64,000 nt of DNA, taken from assembly GCA_025786725.1 (NCBI GenBank), contig JAHLTZ010000033.1:62001-126000 (forward strand), read 5' to 3'. The first letter of the stretch is position 1. Each line of letters starts with the position of its first letter. A program made the position numbers and the translations under genes. This stretch comes from Syncephalis fuscata S228 (lineage: Eukaryota > Fungi > Zoopagomycota). This document shows positions 24,575-36,918 of the stretch, one piece after another. The notes below the pieces were generated by a model that had not been told where the DNA came from, ran no database searches, and was given only the letters and a program-made list of their open reading frames with translations.

Positions 24575-27574
24575 TAGACGGACAGATATCAAGAGGCGAT
24601 AGGCAGATAGACCGGCATATCAGTGAAGGAAGAAAGGACAAATAGTAGACGGCCAAACTACCACGCGGGCAGAAATCAGTCGTGGAACAAATGAAATTCA
24701 AACTTCAAAAGGCGGAGTTTTGCATTATCCAATCCCAAATAGTCCAATAGACATACAATGAACGGAGAAGAATGAAAGAAGTTGTCTATCTATTATTCAT
24801 ATTAATGAATATAGATATTAAGGGTCAAGGCAATCAATTAAATAGTAATAACAGTACTGCTACTATGACTAATATCATAACAATTCATAACAGTTCATAA
24901 TAATGCCACAATAATAGCACAACTACTATTATTTCTATTATTATACCAATAGCCGTCATATCACTATATCATCCTTTGTATAATAGCCAGTGCCACTCTA
25001 CTGGTAGCTGTGTAGGACATAACACGGATACATCGATGCCGCACGGTTGTCCATAGATACACTTATCCACCTATTTTCTCTCGATAACAACAATAGCTCG
25101 CACACACATATACACACCATGTGTACACCATCCACACGCCATGTGTATACCGGAAACCAACCATTTCTGCGCCCCAACAAAGTTCCACACTCGCTGGTTA
25201 CTGCACAAAGTGCATAATAAATACTTACCGCGCACAAACAAGTGAATTAAAAGGTGAATATAGAATACGTATATAATAGATATGATAATAATGGCGTTGT
25301 GTTATTAAACACTGGAATGCAATATCGATAGGTAGCGAGTGTTATTGTTAATAGCCACCGTTAATGGAATTGAAAGAAAGAAGAACACGGTAAAGAGAAG
25401 TAAGAAAAGCGAGCGAATGAACGAGAGAAGTGAGTGTGAGAGAGTGAGGAAGTATCTTAATTCAGTAAGGTTCACGTGTACCAAAGTAATAAAGAAAAAG
25501 AAACGTTCGTTCAAGAGTAAGCACACAGATACGGCGAAGGATAGAGAAGAAGGCAAAGCTAGAGAAGAAGACGAAAGAAAGAGAGAGTTATGAAGGAATA
25601 AGTAAGAGGAGTATATTGCGAAACTAGCTGTGCCTAGGCAAAGTGTGGTCAAGGTTATACATTTAGATACCATGTGCCTATGTTGTGTGTGTGTGTGTGT
25701 GTGGATGATAATATGAATGGGGGAGATTTATTCAGGGACAATAATGTTGTGAACAACCAAATGAATTCATACAATGAATAGAAAATAGCCACCCATTCAC
25801 TTCATCGAGTAATTCAATTCAATGAATCTATCGAATGACCGGTTGATAGAAATGAATAACCAGTATGTGTGTGTGTGTGTTTGGTTTGAAGTGAAGCTAT
25901 ATTGTGTGTATTTGTGTGTGTGTTTAGAAACACGCGTGTCTTTGGTATTCAAAAAGGAAACGCACGGCCATTTTTGCACTGCTATTCTTCTATCATTGTG
26001 TTGGTTTCATCGCCATAGTCGCTAATACAAGCCATTTCTTACAGCGGCTACCCCTCATCCTCTGTTGTTTCTTCCTTCCTTCCTCCTTCGTCTTCTTTCT
26101 TTCTTGTTCCTTTCCTATTAAAGCGTATGGCTATGAATAGAGTAACCAAGAGACAAGGCAAGTGAGATCGGCTCCTACGTGGCAAAATATAACTAGCTGC
26201 GTAAAGTCAAACGGGAAATAATGGATGCCATGCAGTTGTTCTTTCTCTCTCTCCCGCTACTTCACGCTTTACCGCCACTCTCACACCATTATGTTCTAAG
26301 CCCCATGCGATCACACTTTGTTGCGTTCATTGGCCAATCTGCATCTTCTCGCCTTCCTTGTATTTACAATGCAGCTCCAAGGTCCAACACGCCAAGAAAT
26401 AAATAATTGATTACTATTAATAAATGGGCTTTATTTGAACTATAAACTACACGTGTTTCGAGTTTTATTAATGAATCATAAGATGGAAGGGCTTTTTAGT
26501 GTTCTAGTTGAAGTTATGTGGATTAAAATGGCGCGACTTTTACTGAATTATAAAATGATACAGCCAAGTTAATTACTACACCTTTTACGATTTGTGTAAA
26601 GACGTAATTAATAAATAGCGCGCTAATAAATTAGGATGAAGTATATTTTATAGTGTAAAAATGTTTCGCAGCATAGTCAGATGAGAATCGTTCAGCTGAT
26701 GGTTGATGTTATTCGGCCATCATCACGGCATCCCGGCTTATTGCTCCGAATGATGTATACCGTGCTATTACACGCGATACCACCAATACTCGATGCGATT
26801 CAGTGACGGGGGCGATGACTATTGGATAGAGAAGAGAGACTTGCATCTCGATCCTTATCCAGTACACTACCAATCCACGGCACATGTGGTATCTTGCTGC
26901 GGCGTGCAACACATGCAATTTATCCGGTAAAGACGACTGATGTGAAAACAGCAACAAGATCTCCGCAGAACGGTCTACTGAATCGTATATAGATATTGGT
27001 GGATGGGCCAAGAACCATAGGCGGAGTCGCGAAACACACAGTCACTAAGTACTACTTATGGGATATACTTTTAAACCTTAACCAAACAAGACTGGTAATT
27101 TAATGGTGTAACAATGTATAAATGAAGCCAATAGAACAAATAACAGATCACCATTAAATAAAAGTGTAAAAAGGCCAGTAAAATCAAGTAGTTTTTATGT
27201 CGTAGAGAAGTGACAACCATGCTGTGTATATGAAACAGTACTAAGAATCTAATTGGGCCAATTCATTGCGTATAAAATAATAAAACAGACTAAACAATAC
27301 TGATGACTAAAATTGAATGCAACAGACTAATCATTTTCATGATTTTATTCAATAATTAGTTTATTTAAAATTTATTATTATGTAATATCAAATTTAAATA
27401 TCTAGTTAATGCTTTACAATTTGTTTTATGGTCATAATTAAAAATACTAAATCTTAAACTTTAATAATTATTTATTTCATTTATTTATTTAAACCAGTGA
27501 ATTGGTATTTATCTTTTAAAGTATGTTAATACTACATTGTTTGATTAATAAACTATTTCATTGATACAATTCAC

Positions 27575-27685
27575 AAATTACACAAACAATTGGAGTTTTA
27601 AATTATGCTTTGTTGCATTTATTGTACTTAAAAAAGCTTACCTCGCACTTTATGCTATACGCTTTTATTACAGTTTTAACAGTAT
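27575..27685 (+). repeat. Short dispersed repeat (other copies ~43650-43762 direct, ~59823-59876 inverted)
   Basis: Shared core AAATTACA...GCTTTGTTGCATTTATTGT; the first two copies continue with TTATGCTATACGCTTT. Confidence 0.7.
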
Positions 27686-29704
27686 TGTAGATATGCATTT
27701 TTCTTACCCCACTTTTATTTATGAACTGGATTGATATTAAAGCATTTGGTTAAGCTACCTCTTATATTTGTCTCCTAACTTGACTGTTTGTTGAATGTTA
27801 CAGCATCACACTGCGGTGTTGTAACAGTAGGTTAGCATTACTAATGTTGTCAATGAAATATTGTATGGTTACGCTTGCCTTCAGTGTTGAATGGCTTTTA
27901 TTTAAGTGCAACATGATTAATATAGCGTAATGTATTCAGTTGCATACCTATCATAGTATAGTTGTATGTATTATTTAATCATTTTATACACTTTTATTTT
28001 TACCTTTTTCTTTTATGTGTGCTATGATTATTTGCTTATAAATAATGTTATAGCGTTGATTGAATTGCTAAAGGAGCCAATACATTATACAAACACCATT
28101 TAAGCAATATTATTATTATTTACTACTTGAATAGTATCACTTATCATTATTGCCTTTTACTTTATAGTTAATGACAATTGTACAAAAATGTGCTAATCTA
28201 CCCACTACTTCCTTGTCTTTCTGAAGCACCAGTGTAACAAAAATCAACGTTTATTATGCATTTTCACAGTGGAAATACTAGACTTTAAATCTGAAATCTT
28301 TAACATAACCAATGCCAATCCTTTAACATCTCCGACTTTTAGCGTTCTAGATATTTAAATCGCTTGTATAACAATAATTTTAGTTATAATAATACAATTC
28401 AGTCGACCCCATCCCAATTAGGCCAAACTAACAATGCTCAAGATAATAATATTAATCCACTATAATTCACTACAGATATAACTATAACTATCATTATGCA
28501 GTATTACAGCTAACATGATCATTTTTTAATTAATCAGCTATCTTAAACATGCACAACTGCAAAGCTGTCAAACAACTGACTAATCAATAGCTAATTGGCA
28601 CTGCAAAAGTTTGGCAACAAGTGATACTATAAATATAACTTGTTCTTTATTAGACACCAGTGCTTGGCACGCCCGCCATACACACGCGTAGGTTGGTGGC
28701 CGCGCCATTTACCTGCCTAGCCTTTGATGGCTATCGGCAGAGCTGTTAACACCTCGTTAGACCAGCTATGTGGTACACGCAAGCCAAGCCGCTTGTCTAT
28801 TCTATTCGCTAGCCTACCACTGGTAGCACATCTATTATCAATGACGTATTCGACAACAAATCATTCTATCCACGGTAGCAACAACAACAACTGCTACTAC
28901 TACAGCAACAACACCTACACCAATAGCAACAACGCCATAGCAATGCAGGTGACCGGTCAAATCGTTTGCCGCAGCGACCACCCCCAAAGACCTCGACAGT
29001 TTCAGTATCAAAATGCAATGCAGGTAGCTTGCCGGCTTTCCATCCAAAGTAGGCATTGAACGGGCAGTACTGCATGGCATGGGGCACGGCAATACAGTAT
29101 TGATCATTTATTATAAAACCTTTGCTACTCACGTCATAGATGCCATACACACATCTCCCTGTCACTGATATATACTTTTGACTCTCCCTCCACCTTCCCT
29201 TCCTTACTGGATCGGTGTGGTCTGTGTCTATTTGTTTACTCCGCTTTTCCAATTGTTTAATATTGTATGTAGGTGTACACATGCATATTTATTATTTTGA
29301 TCTCCACACATCATCTAAAACACGACACAACCTATCCAAATCAACATCGTGTGAGCGTATTGTACGGGCGAGTGTGTGACGCAAACCGGGCACACCGAGT
29401 ACAAGTACAAACACGAGTACAAGTATACAAGTTCATGGCTGTACCTGTATGTGTATGAGTGTGTGTGTGTGTGTGCGGTCTATGAGTGTATAAAGAGAAC
29501 GCTTTAATTATCCGAAAAAAGATTCGACCAACAAGGATTACCTTTAATCTTTACTCGTCTTTCGTTTATAGCAGTTGTTCATTCAAGTCAGCTGTTATTT
29601 AAAACATTTCCGTCTTTCTATTTCAATCTTTCTATTTCGATCGCTTCCTTCTTTGACGTATTCCGGTCCTCTCCATCTTTCCCACTTTCCATTTACTTGG
29701 TATT

Positions 29705-29743
29705 AACCAACCAACCAACTAACTAACTAACTAACCAACCAAC
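29705..29743. repeat. Compound (AACC/AACT)n microsatellite upstream of the RING gene
   Basis: aaccaaccaaccaactaactaactaactaaccaaccaac. Confidence 0.85.
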
Positions 29744-30592
29744 CTATTACCACTCTACTATCACCACTTCAAATTACTCACTCACTCACCACTATCCTTT
29801 ATTGAAGTAGATAACATCACTTTTATCTACTCTTTCATTTTATTGTATTGCAAACATTTTTCGGCAACTTTTGAACCGTTTAACCAACCAACCAGCTCAT
29901 TGCACCACTATTCTGTCAACTTTACGTATTTTGGCACAATAACTTCATCTTATTGACCGGGGTAAGTTCACTTGGCAAAGCAGAGAGCAGGGGTCTGGTC
30001 ACCAAACTGGATCAGACTCCCTTTGTTCTAGTAATAGCAATAGTTGCTGTGTTGTGCTGGTGCAGGTAGTGGTGGCGATCTTATGACTCAAGTCGCGCAC
30101 TTACCAGTACTTGACTGAAACAACGAAGTGCTGTTTATCACTTGGCAGGGACAAGCCTTGATGAGTTGACCGCCTATTCCCACTCTTGTCTTGGTCCACC
30201 TCCTTGCATTGTTCTTGGGATCAGCTCACTCGTTTCTATTATGGTTATTATTGTTATGTTGTGTTTAGTGTGATTATTTGTAGTGTCAGTGCTATGTTGC
30301 TAACATAGCTATTAGTCTTCATTCTATCTATCTCATTCCATTGTCTTGATAGCATTGCTACTGCCTACTGCCATAGACTACAGCAATAGTCACTAGCTTA
30401 TTGTTTCACGCTTCTAATACTTATTCTATTGACTATCCTTTCCTTTAGTATTATTGTTGACACAACCATTGTCCAATCTATTAACACCAAACAGCCAAAA
30501 TAACAACACTTTGCTTCCATTGATCTATATACGGTCACTACAACTTGTTTATTGGTACATCTTTTTGTTTAAAGCCTATATTTTGATATAAT

Positions 30593-32830
30593 ATGGGGCA
30601 ACAATCGTCTACACCATCTTCGCCTTCATCTTCATCTTCGGGCTCAGACGACGGCGATTCATCGCGTAGTCCATCTAATAACGCGGCCTTTGCCACCAAT
30701 ACACATGCTACTGATTCATCATCATCATCATCATCATCTAGTTCTGACGAAGCATCTACTTTACCTTCTTCTAGGCGAGTGATATCTATACAATTAAGAT
30801 CAAGAGATTATCGCTATTCTCCCTTTGTGGTTCGACGTCGATCCAACCTGGAACGGGTACGGGCCCATAGAAGATATTTATCAGAAAATACGCCAAGACT
30901 CTTAAATAATTCGACACCGATGACTGATTCAAATGAATTGACCAATCAATTTATGGAAAGTGTACAACGAATGGTATCAACAATGGTGCAGTCAAATTTA
31001 ATGACATCACCACCATCACAGACAACAACATCGCCACCTTCTAACAATCCACCTTTATTACCATTGTCAGAACCATCATTATCAGCTGATTCAGACACAA
31101 GTATAAATAATGCGGCTTCCAATCCATTAATTGAACATTTGGCCCGTCAATTTATGGAAATGACACGTCGTCGTTTTGTTGATAATATGTATCCGGGCAA
31201 TCCATTTATACCTGCACCTAATACATCTACATTGTCCTCTTCGGGAGGAACAAGTCCAATGCCTCCAATGCCTAATACAATACCTACAGCTACACCGTTA
31301 TTACCATCTGCTTCAGCGAATACTTCTCCATCAAGTAATCCAAATATGAATGATACGGTATTGGGTCGATTATTTATGGCCGCAGCAGGAGCCGCATTAC
31401 GACATTCGGAACGATCACGTACTAGCAATTTGGATGGCTCTGCTTCATCCGGTATGAGTTCGCCGTCTTCCAGTGTCGATGAACATACCACATCGAGTGC
31501 TAACGGATCTCCTTCTCCTTCTTCTACTGCCTCAACAGTGCCAAGAACGCTGGAGCATTTGATGACGAGTACGGCCGCGGCTGATCATCATGGCGTTCGG
31601 GATGCCTATGCTCGATTTCTATCGAGTCTAAGTCTATTACGCCGATCCAATAGCGATGAAACAGATCAATCAAATAGTGCGCGTCAAAGTAATTTTGTAC
31701 GTGTTTATCGATTAGATGGACTTGATACAGCAACATCTGAATCGTCTAATGAACAACAACCATCTGAAACCACTCGTGTAGAACCATCAACAATATCAAC
31801 AACAACTGAATCATCTAATACTGTACAATCTCATGAAGGATCCACTCGTGAATCAACACCAGAAACAACGACACCATTAGTACCTGTGATTATTGTAGGT
31901 ATTCGCAATATACAACCTAGTAGTAGTCAAAATCCAGCATCACCTTTCAATCCATCATCTCATTCTACTGATTCTAATAATAACGTTGATTCTAATCATA
32001 ATAATAATAATAATAATCCTTTATTACGACAACAACAACAACAACAAAATGAAGATACTAATACTTTGTCACACTCAATGGATCCACTTTCAGCCACTCC
32101 ATCTACTTCACCTCCATTAGGTCAATCTTTTATTATTTATATCATTGGCAGTAGTTACCCAGCTAATCATCCTATTCTTCAAAATCCTGATATGAATCTA
32201 AGTGAAGATGCTAGTTACGAGGATCTATTGAGATTAGCATCTATTATTGGTCCAGCTCGACCTATTACGGCCACACAAGAAGCCATTGATGAGGCTAATC
32301 TGGAATTACGTACACTTAATTTATCGAAAAAGACAAACTCGTCAGTTTTGATGGTAGATAGTAATGAAGATAATAGCGAAAACAAAGAAGATCCATTAAG
32401 TGATGACAGCAGTACTGATGAAGTACTATTCTGTGATCCACCCAAATCATTGAATACACCAATTAGTAATACACCAGCTACTGCTAATGGCCATCTTAAA
32501 CGGAAACGTTTATTATCCAATGATTTTACAGATAAGCCTTGCGTAAAGGCTATTAAGACTGGTCTAGAGGATCTTATGGCCGTTGAACGATGCTCTATTT
32601 GTTTAACAGACTGGGAAGATCAAGATGTTATTCGCGTATTACGTTGTCGACATGCATTCCATCGTGATTGTGTCGACCACTGGTTACGTGAAGGCGCTGA
32701 TCGTTGTCCAGTCTGTCGTATGGAAGCCGTTAAATTGCCCACACCTTCTACCGACGCTGCCACCAATAGTAATAGTAATGAGAATACCGCATCTCATACA
32801 CATCCAATGCCTTCCGTATCTTCTACTTGA
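30593..32830 (+). CDS. RING-H2 E3 ubiquitin ligase with long disordered N-terminus and predicted N-myristoylation
   Basis: C-terminal CSICLTDWEDQDVIRVLRCRHAFHRDCVDHWLREGADRCPVCR (C3H2C3); upstream SYEDLLRLASIIGPARP block; starts MGQQSS. Confidence 0.92.
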   Translation: MGQQSSTPSSPSSSSSGSDDGDSSRSPSNNAAFATNTHATDSSSSSSSSSSDEASTLPSSRRVISIQLRSRDYRYSPFVVRRRSNLERVRAHRRYLSENTPRLLNNSTPMTDSNELTNQFMESVQRMVSTMVQSNLMTSPPSQTTTSPPSNNPPLLPLSEPSLSADSDTSINNAASNPLIEHLARQFMEMTRRRFVDNMYPGNPFIPAPNTSTLSSSGGTSPMPPMPNTIPTATPLLPSASANTSPSSNPNMNDTVLGRLFMAAAGAALRHSERSRTSNLDGSASSGMSSPSSSVDEHTTSSANGSPSPSSTASTVPRTLEHLMTSTAAADHHGVRDAYARFLSSLSLLRRSNSDETDQSNSARQSNFVRVYRLDGLDTATSESSNEQQPSETTRVEPSTISTTTESSNTVQSHEGSTRESTPETTTPLVPVIIVGIRNIQPSSSQNPASPFNPSSHSTDSNNNVDSNHNNNNNNPLLRQQQQQQNEDTNTLSHSMDPLSATPSTSPPLGQSFIIYIIGSSYPANHPILQNPDMNLSEDASYEDLLRLASIIGPARPITATQEAIDEANLELRTLNLSKKTNSSVLMVDSNEDNSENKEDPLSDDSSTDEVLFCDPPKSLNTPISNTPATANGHLKRKRLLSNDFTDKPCVKAIKTGLEDLMAVERCSICLTDWEDQDVIRVLRCRHAFHRDCVDHWLREGADRCPVCRMEAVKLPTPSTDAATNSNSNENTASHTHPMPSVSST

Positions 32831-33873
32831 TCTATTTCTTTCTTTCTTTTGTGTATTTTGTTATAACGATCCAACGCGTCATTGCTTTTTATATTTGGTA
32901 TGCGTTTCTGTGAATCACTACGCCTTTCTTTTCTTTATTTACAAGCATTTTATTTGATACAGAGCATGACCCTACGTTGCTATAAAAGCCGTTGATAGTT
33001 GCTAGCAATAAGCATGGCTCTTTTTTTCTCGCTTTCTTCAAGTTTTCTCTATTACAATGATAGTGGCACGAATGATGGAGAGGCGGGTGTGCCACTATGG
33101 ATTCTTCAATTGAATAAAGAAAGCCATCAATATCAACGATGCAGTAGTAGTGTGTAGTAGTGTGTAGGAACGAATAAGACGGTTTAGAAATAACGCCATT
33201 TCTGATGAAAGATTGTCGTGGCTTAATCAGGTAATAGCAAATCGATTGGGGAAAGAATGATAATACAATAGAATTAAATAGTAATAGTAAATGATGTCAT
33301 AAGTAGTACTAACAAAGACGAGGCCTTCCTATTCATGTTGGATGCTTAATAGGGAGAATAGGGAATGGCACGCTGTATTGATTGATTATCAGCTGTTGCT
33401 GCTACAGGGCAGTGAAACATGGCACTGACATGTGCACAAAAATAGTCATTATCTATAAGAAAGGCGCTTTGGTTTATCCACTCAATAGACATTGGATTGG
33501 TCTTATCACCATGATCTCCACATGGATTAAAACTCATGTTGCAGTGGCTATCAGTAACATATGCATCATACAGCCGCACTACGTTATCGTTCACACGGCC
33601 GATTCTCGGTAATTGTATATCCGCGTCCTGTGAGTTTTGTATTAAATAGCAATCCATTTACTGAATAAAGTATACGGTTGTTTCATACTTTTTTCGTTCT
33701 CTCTTTTTTCATTATTGCTGCGTAGCGTTGTGGCTAATATTATTGACTCGTTAATTGTAACAACAACAATAAGAAAGAGAAAGAGCAGTGGCGTATTATT
33801 TATAAATAATCACTTCTTATCGATTGATATCTATACAAGTCAAAAGGTTTAAAATACACATTCATTATTTACC

Positions 33874-34639
33874 ATGTCGACGCTACTCTCTACTCCAACT
33901 GTCTATAATATCACGGCTATTACTGGCGATACTACACTGCCAGTAGCCAATGCCGCAACAGCATCTACAGCAGCAATAGCAACCACTGCAACGACAGTAG
34001 CCACCGCCACCGCCACTATTGCTACCGCTACTACGGATGCACTACCTTCGGTTGCCGAGGTAAAGCACCATACGTTTGGTGATTATACAGGCCCAGTAAA
34101 TCCTACTGCACTTTTAATTACGGCTGAAAGATGGACACAGGTCATAAGTGCATCAGCTAATACTGATACATCATCACTACCGTACGGCTACTTTTACTTG
34201 CGGGCTGGCCAGCGATTAGAGCATGCTTTGGAGAATTTGGTCGATGCATTGCCCCTAACTGTACGCCATTAGTTGTACTTGAGCCGAACACGGCACCGAA
34301 ACAAGCCTTGCTTTGAAACTGGCTAGTATTGTACGTCGTGTAGCTAGTGATGTGCCTGCCTTGCGTGGTCAAGTCTGTGCTGAAGAAGCATGTATGGCTG
34401 CCCACCGATTAATGTTGGCTCGCCGTGTACCACAAGTTATACGCTACACACCGGCCACCATGATCGACATCACCGCCAATAGTGCTAGTAATTTCGATCA
34501 AGAAAAGATCAGTGCTATTAATACTGATGGTGCTAAGATGGTTCATGAAATGATGTGCCAAATAGCGCATAATTCAACAACTACTCCTACCATTACCGCC
34601 ATTGATGAACAGCAAAGAGGTGTTGTTCAATTGCTCTAA
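33874..34639 (+). CDS. Hypothetical protein with a PFOR domain II-like segment; two apparent single-base deletions (~34270, ~34312)
   Basis: Adding one T at each short T-run joins the ORFs into ...LVDALPLTVRHLVVLEPNTAPKQALLLKLASIVRR...; TATAAA is present upstream near 33801. Confidence 0.55.
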
Positions 34640-35057
34640 GCTATCATAGTGCTTATTAGTTTTAATAAGATACTATGAATAGCTTGTAGAATGACTTATC
34701 ATTGATTAAATTGTACTATGCCTCTTTAAAGTTACACATTTATTTGCTAATTCATTGTTTGTTTGTGGTATTTTTCCACAATACTCCATTGTACCTGCAG
34801 AATCATTTGATGCGCCTAGGCGGTACTGTGTTGTACAAACATATGTGTTTATAATTAATCCATATATTACTGCAAATAAATTTTGACGAAATGGATAAAG
34901 AATTGCTTTTATTTGTCACCAAAGTCATTATGTCGGATGTGATAATGCACTCAAAGAATATTTTTTAAACAGAGAACAATTAGAATTTTAATTTAATATA
35001 AAGTTCATTACCAAATAAGATATTTTGGTCTATATACTAGCTGTTTGTTTAGTAGTA

Positions 35058-35921
35058 GTATGATTTTGTTTATGCTTGTTGGGCATGTTTTATTGAATAA
35101 AAACATAGCAATGTTTGTTTGATAAATAAAAAGTGATGCGTTTCCAATATAAACTAGTAGGATATGTTGCAAAAGAATAACCTGCAACAATCCATCATAA
35201 ACACTGGCACCAGTCACAATATTGGATCAGGAAAAGCAGTGTAAGAACAAAAAGACTAATATAGCGCCTTAAAAACAACAATGCTTAGAAAGAAGTACTG
35301 ATGAGTGAGATTGTTCAAGAGTTGGACAGAGCAAAGAATAAGACAATCGGTGGAGAGGGAACAGGACATACAGTAATACAGCAATCATGTTGCCAAAGTC
35401 ATTGTATGATTTAGTTTTGCTATAGATTGCCACTATAAATCGTGCTAACAGCAGCCTGTACCGTCTCGACAGTAGCAAACCACACTGCCCTTGTTGAGAT
35501 TGCAAAGCTGTTGTCAGATGACCTGTAATGGCGACCCATAGCAAAACAAAGCATACAACGAGATTTGCACGGCGCATATTCAACATAGCATAAACAAAGC
35601 CAGAAATGCACTTAACTGCCAATAAAGATGCCAATATCAATGATTGAAGTGAAAAGATGCTTTGTAAAAAGGTCAGATTACAAAAGAGCAATGCAAGTGC
35701 ATAGTGTAAATAGTGTTTGTACTTGACTAGTGATCAGTCAACTACTAATACTATATATGTAACATATATGAAGTGTACAAGTGTATGTAATGGATATATG
35801 TTATCAAGTGTGAAGAAAAAGAAAGGAAATGTGCTGACGTAGATTGTAACTGTAAAACCTGTCAGTCAATATTTATAAACAGATGAGTTTAATTAATAAA
35901 TGGAGTGGGAAATAATAAAAG
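35058..35921 (-). repeat. ~865-bp dispersed repeat, inverted near-identical copy of 54637-55502; decayed multi-TM gene with promoter
   Basis: Near-identical ORF fragments in both copies (MLNMRRANLV.CFVLLWVAITG; MTGASVYDGLLQVILL) with internal stops. Confidence 0.9.
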
Positions 35922-36918
35922 CCAATCTATCCAACATGTTAGTATACCATATAACAGATTAATAGTAAATGAATAAATGCATTAAAAATTAAGCTTAAAT
36001 ATAAAATGTTTAGTCATCTATACAGCTAGTAAATTTATTTTAAATTACATATCGATGTTGCCAGATCTATCTTGCCATATAGACTAGTTTTCTAAACTAT
36101 TAAATTGTAGATTCAGTATGCTTAAGTATGGTGGAACATGAACAATATTTGTAAATTAACAATTGCTAGCTGCGTGTATTATAATGTTTATTACCACTTT
36201 GTAAACTACTGTAGTCAACGTTTATACAATTAAACCAGATCGTGCATAATTACCGGTTTTACTGAACGCTATCCCATCCAAGCATCAAGCATGGATGCTA
36301 CTGCTTTAGCGTATGCTTATCACGCTGCCAATATCCACTCGATTCTTCTTTCTTTCTTCTTGTTTTTCACACGCGTGGTTCCGTTAACAAGTGTATAGAC
36401 ACTTATTTTGATATTTGAATTGCTCGTCTTTATTACTGTTTGTTAATTGAGCGTATAAATCTTTCTTTGCAGTCCTCTCAACGCTTGTATTTGCCTTTGC
36501 GATAGCCTTTGTACCATTTGTTAGCTAATATTCATTTCTCACTTCTACACGCACCTTGTCCCTTGCATACACACCATCTATAGTAGTCTACATAGCCTAG
36601 CTGTTCTTTATTGCGTAAACGCTTTTTACACGCAGCCATTAGCCGCGATAACTAAAACAATCAAATGTTATTTAGTGCTGGACCATTAAGGCCTATAGTG
36701 TTATCATTGCACTCCAATCTTTCTAAAAGCCACACCAGTGACTGTCACCATCTTCTCCAAATTCGTTCTTAACTCTTAGTTATACCCCATTGAATTAAAA
36801 TACTCTATTTATCACCTAGCTTATGCTGTAGTGGAAGCAGCGAGTACTCGTATTCCTCGCTCTTCCTTTCTTTCTTTCCCAAGTGAAAGTCGACGCGGCG
36901 TCTACACCATAAACTGCC

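Noticed and set aside
24370-26025. Short ORFs such as SVCLSVCL and the Lys/Glu-rich 25339-25593
   Set aside because: They arise from microsatellites and purine tracts.
26681-27040. Higher-GC patch in an AT-rich spacer, possibly a gene fragment
   Set aside because: No frame gives a recognisable motif, so no call is supportable.
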